DNA of 64,000 nucleotides from a virus: IMG/VR virus record IMGVR_UViG_3300020204_000007, positions 96,001 to 160,000 of that record; one strand, 5' to 3'. Shown piece by piece: positions 25,647 to 33,587 of this stretch (position 1 is its first letter; each line of letters starts with the position of its first letter). The notes under the pieces were generated by a model. It saw only the letters and a program-made list of their open reading frames with translations, ran no database searches and was not told where the DNA came from. The position numbers and the translations under genes were made by a program.

Positions 25647-26018
25647 ATGAAAACAGTTAGCAGTGTTTCTGTACTTGGCGTTAGGATGATTCAAAAAGCT
25701 ACTAACAGTAAGAGCGGCGCAGATAATAACTTTACTTACAAGTCTTACAACCTAATGAGTAACGGCCATTTTCATGTTGGTGAAATTAACTGCGGCTCAA
25801 CAAAAGTAAGAATGCGCGAAGTTGATTTTGGCGATAGTTGTTTTGAAGCACTGGTTAAAACTAAGAAAGGAAAGAGTCGTTGGACTAAAGTTTCATGCGA
25901 TGCCGCTGACAAATATATTGAGCGCGTCCTTGAGCATAGCGACAAAGCTTCAGAAATCCATGCACAATTTGAAGAAAACCGTCCGTTGATTGTTTTGACA
26001 CCCGAAGAACTTGTTTAA
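25647..26018 (+). CDS. hypothetical protein
   Basis: AAGGAG RBS. Confidence 0.65.
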   Translation: MKTVSSVSVLGVRMIQKATNSKSGADNNFTYKSYNLMSNGHFHVGEINCGSTKVRMREVDFGDSCFEALVKTKKGKSRWTKVSCDAADKYIERVLEHSDKASEIHAQFEENRPLIVLTPEELV

Positions 26019-26031
26019 TAGGAGAACTACT

Positions 26032-26619
26032 ATGTCATTCAAAGTTTTTTATACCGATGATAATAACAAAGTTGTGATTCAAAAAACGAATGAGACTGAA
26101 ACTAAAACAACAAAAATTGACCGCAATGTTTATGATGCAATTTCTGCTCTTAATCAACCAGTGAGCAATGGCGAGCTACAAAGAATTATTGCCGCTGCTC
26201 TGGGCGTAAATACCGCAGGGGGGAGGAGCGGGAAGGCATCAGCAATTATTGAAAAATACACGTTTGGTTTTTCAAACTTCAATGGATGGTGCAGCCTGTT
26301 GATTGGTTTGGATGTTGATGGTAAACGACATTTCAAGTTCAATGACAATGCTCCTGATTTTTCGCCAATTCAAAAAACTGAAATGCTGAACGTTAGAAAA
26401 GAAGGCGTTGGTAAGAAGTCCGATAAATCAAAAATTGCAGTTAATTCACGATGGAGTATCAATGCTAACGACCTAACTGAAGATGAACTGCTTGAGGCTC
26501 GGTTCAATCGTGCATTTGATTATTTGGGTATTGATCCAAATGATAACTTAACCGATGATCTAACCCTAGATGATGTAGAAAATGTTGAAAATATTCTTAG
26601 AAAAGAAGGTCTAATTTAA
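26032..26619 (+). CDS. hypothetical protein, paralogue of 27790-28155
   Basis: Y..ISAL...VSNGELQ...GKASAIIEKY...GKRHF. Confidence 0.7.
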   Translation: MSFKVFYTDDNNKVVIQKTNETETKTTKIDRNVYDAISALNQPVSNGELQRIIAAALGVNTAGGRSGKASAIIEKYTFGFSNFNGWCSLLIGLDVDGKRHFKFNDNAPDFSPIQKTEMLNVRKEGVGKKSDKSKIAVNSRWSINANDLTEDELLEARFNRAFDYLGIDPNDNLTDDLTLDDVENVENILRKEGLI

Positions 26620-26805
26620 TGGACAATTCAATTGTGGACGATAAAACGCCTGAGCAAATGCTATCGGATGTTTTGCAAAAACTAAAAAACCAGAGCATAG
26701 ATGAAATTGAACAAATGATTGATCAACTAAAATTGAAAGAAAAAGAAGGCGGGTCGTTTGTAGTTCTTCGACAAGAATACTACACAACAACAAACTGAGG
26801 ACAAC

Positions 26806-27375
26806 ATGAAAACTTTTTTAACGATTCTGTTGGCAAGCACTTTGATTGGATGTGGAACTGATCAAGATTTAGTATTGTCAACAGAAAAAATTAAACCGGA
26901 GGAAAAGAAAGAACAACAAGAAAAAAGCGACCCGTATTTAGAACAATACCTAAAACATTTCTATGGTATTTGTATTCAAACCACAGCCGCAAATAGATGC
27001 GGCGAAAATCTGAAAAAGCTAAAGTCAATTAATTTTGTTGATTCGTTTGATCAAAAAACAGATCCAGATGGAGTGGTTGCAGGAGTTTGTTGGTGGTCAA
27101 GGTTTGAAAGAAAAATTGAAATAAAACGTAAAGTGGCAGAACCAGGTTCAATGCGCGAACGAGCTTTAATTTTTCATGAACTTGGTCACTGCCTTTTAGA
27201 TTTAGGACATTCTGATCCTAAAACAATGATGCTTATGAATCCGTATCTTTTTGATGAAAAAACTTATGCGTCAAGTTGGTCAAGATTACAGACAGAAATG
27301 TTTCAACTTGTATTGAGTTTTTTACTTGCAGATGAGTTTGATTTAAGCGATGATAAATCAATACCCATATTTTAA
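26806..27375 (+). CDS. lipoprotein zinc metallopeptidase (matrixin-like)
   Basis: Lipobox LIGC; HELGHCLLDLGH; LMNP Met-turn. Confidence 0.8.
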   Translation: MKTFLTILLASTLIGCGTDQDLVLSTEKIKPEEKKEQQEKSDPYLEQYLKHFYGICIQTTAANRCGENLKKLKSINFVDSFDQKTDPDGVVAGVCWWSRFERKIEIKRKVAEPGSMRERALIFHELGHCLLDLGHSDPKTMMLMNPYLFDEKTYASSWSRLQTEMFQLVLSFLLADEFDLSDDKSIPIF

Positions 27376-27385
27376 GAGGCAAATA

Positions 27386-27730
27386 ATGTTTTCCGCTGAA
27401 AAACGTGCAGCACTCAAAACTGGTCTTCTTGTTCTTTTAGGTGGATTGACTACTTTTATTGCAACAGAAATTAAAACTAAAAAAGAGCTGTCGCAAACAA
27501 ACTGTCAATTAAGGCTTATGCTTATTGCAGATAAAGAAAAGCCGCTGTTTGTTTTTCCAATCAGAGATACCGAAACAGAAGCAATTATTGCAATGATTAG
27601 TATGAGCGAAAAAGTTGTGATTAGGCTTACTAAAACAGATGGAAGTTTTTTATTGGAGGATCAATGCACAAGACCTGATGGCAATAAAGCTTTGATGGAA
27701 ATTAAAAGAGAACAAATTGTTTCAAAATAG
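27386..27730 (+). CDS. membrane-anchored hypothetical protein
   Basis: N-terminal TM segment; GAGG RBS. Confidence 0.6.
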   Translation: MFSAEKRAALKTGLLVLLGGLTTFIATEIKTKKELSQTNCQLRLMLIADKEKPLFVFPIRDTETEAIIAMISMSEKVVIRLTKTDGSFLLEDQCTRPDGNKALMEIKREQIVSK

Positions 27731-27789
27731 TACTCAGTAAATTTATTCAATCATAATGTTTTTTTAGTCAATAACAAAAGGAGATTCAT

Positions 27790-28155
27790 ATGTTGACCGT
27801 TTCCCACAATGATTCAGTTGCTACCGTGACCTACACAAATCGTAAGACTGGCGAAAGTGTTTCGTCAAAATTGCCTAGCTCAGCGTATAGCGTGTTGTCG
27901 GCTCTTCCTTCAGAAGGTGTTACTAACGCCCAGCTTCAGCAGCTACTTGTGAATACTGGTATTACAAAAGGACGTGCAACCTCGCTCATTGAACGTTTCT
28001 GCGGTACTTATAGTGCCTTCTGTGGAGTAAACCTGATCGATGCATCGTGGGGTGGACAAAACGGCAAAACAAGATACTTCAGATCCTCGGCTGAAGGGCT
28101 GGTGCTGGAAAGCTCGAAGCGGAGCAGCTCTCGTTCAAAGGAACTGGTCGGTTGA
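27790..28155 (+). CDS. hypothetical protein, paralogue of 26032-26619
   Basis: YSVLSAL...VTNAQLQ...GRATSLIERF...GKTRYF; AAGGAG RBS. Confidence 0.7.
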   Translation: MLTVSHNDSVATVTYTNRKTGESVSSKLPSSAYSVLSALPSEGVTNAQLQQLLVNTGITKGRATSLIERFCGTYSAFCGVNLIDASWGGQNGKTRYFRSSAEGLVLESSKRSSSRSKELVG

Positions 28156-28174
28156 TACCGGCCTTTTTCTTTTT

Positions 28175-28552
28175 ATGAAACTACCAAACAGATTTAGGGC
28201 AGCAATCGCAGCCGCAAGCCAAAGCGAAGACTACCAACACAAGCTAGGCGCGGCCATCTTTGCTAAAAAAAGATTAATAAGCGTTGGTGCTAATAATGCT
28301 AAAACACATCCTCTATCGAGGTTCTATGGCCGTCCTGTGACTGTGCATGCAGAAATGCAGGCAATCATTAGAGCAAATAATTTAGTCGAATCGCTAGAAG
28401 GTATGGTTCTAGTTGTTGCAAGAATAAAACGTAATGGAGAGCTAGGAATGGCAAGGCCATGTTCTGGTTGCCAAGAAATTATTAAACATCACAAAATAAA
28501 AGAGGTATGGTACACAACAGAAAACGGTTGGGCGAAGGAATACTTCGATTAA
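28175..28552 (+). CDS. cytidine/dCMP deaminase-like zinc protein
   Basis: HKLGA, GAN, HAE, RPCSGC. Confidence 0.85.
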   Translation: MKLPNRFRAAIAAASQSEDYQHKLGAAIFAKKRLISVGANNAKTHPLSRFYGRPVTVHAEMQAIIRANNLVESLEGMVLVVARIKRNGELGMARPCSGCQEIIKHHKIKEVWYTTENGWAKEYFD

Positions 28553-28576
28553 AGTTAGATTGCAAAACTCCGATAT
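28550..28576 (+). promoter_or_regulatory. sigma-28-type promoter
   Basis: TAAA-N15-TCCGATAT. Confidence 0.8.
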
Positions 28577-28595
28577 GTTATTAGGAGGAAATACT

Positions 28596-29294
28596 ATGTC
28601 ATTTGAAGCCCGTTTTGCAAAATTATTGCAAACACTCGCAGAAAACGAATTCAAACAGGAAAAAATTTCTATTTCAACTGGTAATACAAAACTAGCCCAA
28701 GACGGTATTGCTTGTTTTGATATTCCGCAAGCGTCAACTTGTCGCGGTGCGGGTGGTTGTCTTGGATTTTGTTATGCATCTTTAGGTAATTATACTTATC
28801 GCGTCAAAGTCCAAAATATGCTCAATAACTTTTACACATCTTTAAACCCAGAAGTGTTTTGTGTACAAACTAAAAAAGCGTATGAAAAATTGCCACGATA
28901 TATCAAGACTATTCGCCTTCATTCGTCTGGTGATTTTTACAACCAAGCGTATCTTGATACTTGGGTTGAAATAATGAAACAAACACCTGAGTTTAGATAT
29001 TACGCTTATACCAAATCACTTGATCTAGATTGGACAGAAGCTCTTAAACTAAATAATTTCTTCCGTATTCAGTCGATTGGTGGTATTTTTGATCATTTGA
29101 TTGATATGAATTTAGCTCACAGTAGAATCTTTCCTGATCGTGAAAGCCTTCTTGCTGCGGGTTATCTTGATGCATCCGAAAGTGATCTACCGGCTGCTGC
29201 GGGGGGCATCAAAATTGGATTAGTTGTTCACGGACAAAAGAAAAAGCGTTTTAATGAAAAAGTCCACCTATCTTCGATAAATAAAGAAAATTAA
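28596..29294 (+). CDS. phage Gp88-like protein
   Basis: GNTKL, TCRGAGGCLGFCYA, IRLHSSGDF, YAYTK. Confidence 0.8.
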   Translation: MSFEARFAKLLQTLAENEFKQEKISISTGNTKLAQDGIACFDIPQASTCRGAGGCLGFCYASLGNYTYRVKVQNMLNNFYTSLNPEVFCVQTKKAYEKLPRYIKTIRLHSSGDFYNQAYLDTWVEIMKQTPEFRYYAYTKSLDLDWTEALKLNNFFRIQSIGGIFDHLIDMNLAHSRIFPDRESLLAAGYLDASESDLPAAAGGIKIGLVVHGQKKKRFNEKVHLSSINKEN

Positions 29295-29418
29295 AAAATG
29301 AGTTTCGAGTTATTAGTAATAATTGGAATAATCATACCAACATTATTAAGAATAAGTGCTTTGCAATTAGTTGAAGAAGATTTAAAAACAATTTTCAGAA
29401 ATATAACAGGATTGAAAG

Positions 29419-29637
29419 ATGAAAATAACAAAAGTAAATGATTCGAGCGTAGTGTCAGGTTATTTTTACAACGAAGATACAAAAGTTTTGTTGGTAGAAT
29501 ACCATAACAAGTCTGTGTACTTGTATCAAGATATATCATCAAGTATAGTAAAAAAAGTATTCACCGCGGATTCTATTGGCAAAGCATTAAGAAAGTATGT
29601 TTTGGAAAAAGATCCAACGCCACTGAGAATTAAATGA
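29419..29637 (+). CDS. KTSC domain protein
   Basis: SSVV..YFYN....LLVEY....YLYQD...ADSIGK. Confidence 0.8.
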   Translation: MKITKVNDSSVVSGYFYNEDTKVLLVEYHNKSVYLYQDISSSIVKKVFTADSIGKALRKYVLEKDPTPLRIK

Positions 29638-29870
29638 AATATATTATTCTGTCGTTACTTTTGATTACAGCATCTGCGGCTTTCCAAAAGAATAAAGTTA
29701 AATTAAATGAACGTATAATGTGTGAAATACAATGCGCAGAGCGGCAGCTCCCTTGTTTGGCCGTTGTTGATAAAATTATTTATGATGGAAATACGGAAGA
29801 GGCAAAAATTATTTCTAAACAAACTTATTCTGTTTGCTTAAAAGAACCAGTGGAATTCAATCCAATATGA
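29634..29870 (+). CDS. small secreted protein
   Basis: Signal peptide MKYIILSLLLITASAA. Confidence 0.55.
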   Translation: MKYIILSLLLITASAAFQKNKVKLNERIMCEIQCAERQLPCLAVVDKIIYDGNTEEAKIISKQTYSVCLKEPVEFNPI

Positions 29871-30160
29871 AATCCGCAGCAGTGGAAGATAATTCATATT
29901 ATTCATTCACGGACAATGAAACTGGAATAGAAATTATTTGGGAATTTAATCAAAAAAGTTTTTGTTGGGAAGTGCTGGTCTTTAAAGATAATCAAAAAGA
30001 ATATGCAGTTGTTCCTGCCTCTAATAAACCAACTGCAGAATCTGTAAACGATTATGACATTCAACGTTTGTCACAAATTACATTAAAATTACTTGATTTC
30101 GTATCGAAACAATTAGAAATCGAAGCTGCTAAAGTTAGATTGCAAAACTCCGATAAATAA
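29867..30160 (+). CDS. hypothetical protein
   Basis: ATGA overlap. Confidence 0.6.
   Translation: MKSAAVEDNSYYSFTDNETGIEIIWEFNQKSFCWEVLVFKDNQKEYAVVPASNKPTAESVNDYDIQRLSQITLKLLDFVSKQLEIEAAKVRLQNSDK
30130..30156 (+). promoter_or_regulatory. sigma-28-type promoter embedded in the upstream gene's 3' end
   Basis: TAAA-N15-TCCGATAA encoding KVRLQNSDK. Confidence 0.75.
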
Positions 30161-30194
30161 ATAACAACCAATAACGGTTGTACGAGGAGTGTTC

Positions 30195-30422
30195 ATGGAT
30201 ATTATTAGTAATTTTGTAAAAAATGAAATAACACCAATCTTAGATATGCATGGTGGCGCAGCAGAAGTAGTTGGTTATGATGAATTAAATAAAATGGTTC
30301 AAATTAGATTGATTGGTGCTTGTGCAGGCTGTCCTAGTAGTTTAATGACTGCATATGGCGTTATCTTAGCTGCTTTGCAAAATAAATTTCCAGAACTTGT
30401 TGAAGACTTGGAGGTTGTATGA
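30195..30422 (+). CDS. NifU-like (Nfu) Fe-S cluster carrier domain
   Basis: ITPILDMHGG...RLIGACAGCPSS..T. Confidence 0.9.
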   Translation: MDIISNFVKNEITPILDMHGGAAEVVGYDELNKMVQIRLIGACAGCPSSLMTAYGVILAALQNKFPELVEDLEVV

Positions 30423-30582
30423 ATAATGTAATTAGTTTTGAAGATTACAAAAACAAAAAAGAAAACAAAAAGCCCGATTCCGAGTTGACTTTAGATGAAC
30501 GACTGGCGCGAATTTCTTCTATGATTAATAGAATTAATTCTACGATTAAAGAACTTGATACTCATGTAAATGGGGTTAAAAA

Positions 30583-30876
30583 ATGATCAACAGCTCAAAG
30601 AAAAATTTGAAAATTTTGCATGACAAAAGCTCTGTACACGACCGACCATTAGTTGAGCTTTCGCAAAATCAAAACAATAAATTTGTAATTAGCATGAGGA
30701 TTGCCAATTCTTCGTTTACGTTTCCAGAATTGCAAAACGAAGATATTGTTGCTTTACACAGAGTTTTAAGTTTACCGTCAGGACTAATGACTATTGCAGT
30801 GAGTATGATGCATAACTTATCGGAAGATAAATTGAAAGAAACAGTTAAAGCCTTAGATCAAATTGCTGATAGATAA
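30583..30876 (+). CDS. hypothetical protein
   Basis: ORF, GGGG RBS. Confidence 0.55.
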   Translation: MINSSKKNLKILHDKSSVHDRPLVELSQNQNNKFVISMRIANSSFTFPELQNEDIVALHRVLSLPSGLMTIAVSMMHNLSEDKLKETVKALDQIADR

Positions 30877-30940
30877 TTATGCTATGATTGGATTAGAGAC
30901 ACATTTACTCTAAGAAAGGCGTAATGAAATCGGTAAAACT

Positions 30941-31156
30941 ATGAAGGGCAAACCAACAACAATTCATAATCATAGAAAGAAAAATAAGGCTATTTATTCA
31001 AGCGCAGAAAAATTTGGCACGAACAAAAAAGATTATGTTTTTCATATTGAAGATAATGTTTATTTCATCAATTTTAAGCTTCATGGTGATTTCATAAACC
31101 TACAGATTCAACCCCAAATGATCGAACAACCTCTTCCCGCTTGGTTAGCTGATTAA
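30941..31156 (+). CDS. hypothetical protein
   Basis: ORF converging on helicase. Confidence 0.4.
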   Translation: MKGKPTTIHNHRKKNKAIYSSAEKFGTNKKDYVFHIEDNVYFINFKLHGDFINLQIQPQMIEQPLPAWLAD

Positions 31157-32477
31157 TATACTTTGAGTGATTTGGACATATATCAATCACTATACAATCT
31201 TTTTTGCCTTCACTGACTCTTGTTCCTCTTCCAATCGCCTGCATTAACATAATCTCGCTTGTTCCTGCCATACAGAGCAATATCGCGGATATTTCTGGAA
31301 TATCAATGCCTGTGCCTAATAAATGCCAATTACCAATAAGAACGTTAGTTCTTCCTTCTCTAAAATCTTTTATTGGCAAACGAAACTCACCGTTGGCAGC
31401 TTTGACGCCTAATGTGTCGGCCAAGGCGTCTGCGCATTCCACAGATTTATATAAAACCAGAACTTTACGGCCAGCAGCTAGAGCTTTTTCGGCGGTTTCT
31501 TTAACAAATTTAATATATTCTGGATCTGAATGTAGTTTTATGTATTCTTTAGTTGGATGCATATTCTTATGCGTCTGAACGCTACAAGCGGGAACTACTT
31601 TAGGAATGTACTTAATAGGACTCAAAAATTTATCTTGTACCCCATTAGAGTATTGGTAGACATAAGCGGGTGCGCCAGCCCAACCATAAATAAGAGGAGT
31701 CATGCCATCAGGTCGCTCAATAGTTGCCGTCAATCCATGAAAAAACTCTGCGTTGATTCCCGCTAGAGCAATTTCTTGATAAGACGGTGCGGCCATTGTA
31801 TGAGTTTCATCAACTATGATTGTCTGAAACCGATCTATATGGTTCAAACAACTTTGGGCAGTAGAAACTAAGCACATAACCCCGTCAGGGGGGGTGGTTC
31901 CTCCACCAAGTTTACCTATCTTTTTAACACCCAAAGATTTTAGGCCATCGGCTACAGTCTTATAGGTCTGGTGGAGCAATTCGATACTTGGCACGATAAC
32001 TATAACGCGACGACCAGCAGAAACGTGTGAGGCCACAAGATTGCGTATAATACGGCTTTTTCCCGTTCCGGTTGCAGCTACAATGCAAGATCGTTTGAAT
32101 TTTAATGCAGATTCAACAGCGTCTTTCTGATAATAACGCTCGTCCCCAAAAGTCATTGGTTTAGTGCTAGCTTCATGACCAGTAATTTTATTGCATAAGA
32201 ACCAAAATCCCGGCAGAGTACTAATTTTTCCCTCAACTTCTGCATACGCTTTTGTAACGACTTGTTCTTCTAATTCTCTAATTTGTTGTTTAAGAATTGC
32301 TGCGTGTCTAGCGTTAAAAGCTTGAGTGCGTTTTAATTCTTTTAGCCTTTTGTCAATTGCTTTATTCTTAATTGTTAGGTAATTTTTAATAAGATCTAAA
32401 GATTCTTTGGAACCTTCGATAATTAACTCTCGATTAGATGTATAATAACCATATGTGTCTGGAACATTTTTTATCAC
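31092..32477 (-). CDS. superfamily II DEAD/DEAH-box helicase
   Basis: RYYQ, ATGTGKS, VDETH, GLTAT, TGIDIP, QAIGRGTR. Confidence 0.92.
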   Translation of the reverse strand: MIKNVPDTYGYYTSNRELIIEGSKESLDLIKNYLTIKNKAIDKRLKELKRTQAFNARHAAILKQQIRELEEQVVTKAYAEVEGKISTLPGFWFLCNKITGHEASTKPMTFGDERYYQKDAVESALKFKRSCIVAATGTGKSRIIRNLVASHVSAGRRVIVIVPSIELLHQTYKTVADGLKSLGVKKIGKLGGGTTPPDGVMCLVSTAQSCLNHIDRFQTIIVDETHTMAAPSYQEIALAGINAEFFHGLTATIERPDGMTPLIYGWAGAPAYVYQYSNGVQDKFLSPIKYIPKVVPACSVQTHKNMHPTKEYIKLHSDPEYIKFVKETAEKALAAGRKVLVLYKSVECADALADTLGVKAANGEFRLPIKDFREGRTNVLIGNWHLLGTGIDIPEISAILLCMAGTSEIMLMQAIGRGTRVSEGKKDCIVIDICPNHSKYINQLTKREEVVRSFGVESVGL

Positions 32478-32486
32478 GGTAAACCT

Positions 32487-33584
32487 ATGAACAAAATCAA
32501 AAAAGTGGTTAAGTTAGCAAAAAGTCTTGGCAGCAGCTTTCCGCTACAAGATAACTATACTTTAGTTAAGGTTTCTTCGCAATTACCGCCATATAGTGAT
32601 TTAGCTAGAGGCGTAAGTAGTCTAGACCATTACGAAGTGCGTCATCCATATTCTGATGATGTTATTGGCTCTTTGACCGTATGGAGCGCAAAAAGAATTC
32701 CAACCATTGTAAAATTAGGGGTTTTTCAAGAACCTCATAAAAGCCTTGGCTTAATTGAATCTCTTCATGACAAAATTAAAGAAATATATCCGAATATCCC
32801 AGAAGATTTATTGTCATATATGTACACAATTTGGGGTGCAACTCCTTCAGCACAAAATATGCATCACGCCATTCATCCCGCTATGCACGGTAAATTTCAT
32901 GAAATTTTTTCTGCCTTAAGAAGAGCACCGCTTAGAAAGAGTGAAGGCGGAAAAGGGTTTGAAGATCATCTTGATTATCATGTCTATCAAGACAACGAAC
33001 ACGTTGGTACTTTGAGCGGTAAAGAATTAAATGAAATGATGCCCACCCCTGATCATCGAGATCAAGTAAAAATGGAACAAAATTTAATTTTTCACCCTAC
33101 AAACATGATTTCTGGTTCTCCAGGAAGTTATATGAAAAAGGCAGATGACGATGGCGAACCTGCTTTTCATAACCATCTTGATTACCATGTTTATCAAAAT
33201 AAAGAACATGTCGGCACTATTAGTGGAAAAGAATTAAATGCCATGATGCCTACAAAACAGCATAGATCACAGTCTGAAAAAGAAAACGGCTATGTTTTTC
33301 ATGCAACAAATGTTGTGACCGGCAATCCAGCAAATTTTATGAAAAAATCTGATGAAAAAGATTCTCCTAAAAAACAATGGATGGTAAAGCTTTCTGGAGA
33401 AGAAGGATATCATCCATTACACGATATAAAAGATAGCAAACTTCCAATTGAATCTGGGGGCGGAAATATCTACTATCTAAAACGTCCCGATGGCTCTGTA
33501 ACGGAACATCATCAAAGCGAAGTAGAAGATTTATTGCAAAATAATGAATTACAACAAAGTATGCCCACTTTTATGAGGGACTAA
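32487..33584 (+). CDS. modular protein with internal duplication, putative head-internal protein
   Basis: HLDYHVYQ..EHVGT.SGKELN.MMPT repeated twice; modules bounded by LRKS/MKKA/MKKS. Confidence 0.7.
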   Translation: MNKIKKVVKLAKSLGSSFPLQDNYTLVKVSSQLPPYSDLARGVSSLDHYEVRHPYSDDVIGSLTVWSAKRIPTIVKLGVFQEPHKSLGLIESLHDKIKEIYPNIPEDLLSYMYTIWGATPSAQNMHHAIHPAMHGKFHEIFSALRRAPLRKSEGGKGFEDHLDYHVYQDNEHVGTLSGKELNEMMPTPDHRDQVKMEQNLIFHPTNMISGSPGSYMKKADDDGEPAFHNHLDYHVYQNKEHVGTISGKELNAMMPTKQHRSQSEKENGYVFHATNVVTGNPANFMKKSDEKDSPKKQWMVKLSGEEGYHPLHDIKDSKLPIESGGGNIYYLKRPDGSVTEHHQSEVEDLLQNNELQQSMPTFMRD

Positions 33585-33587
33585 GAA

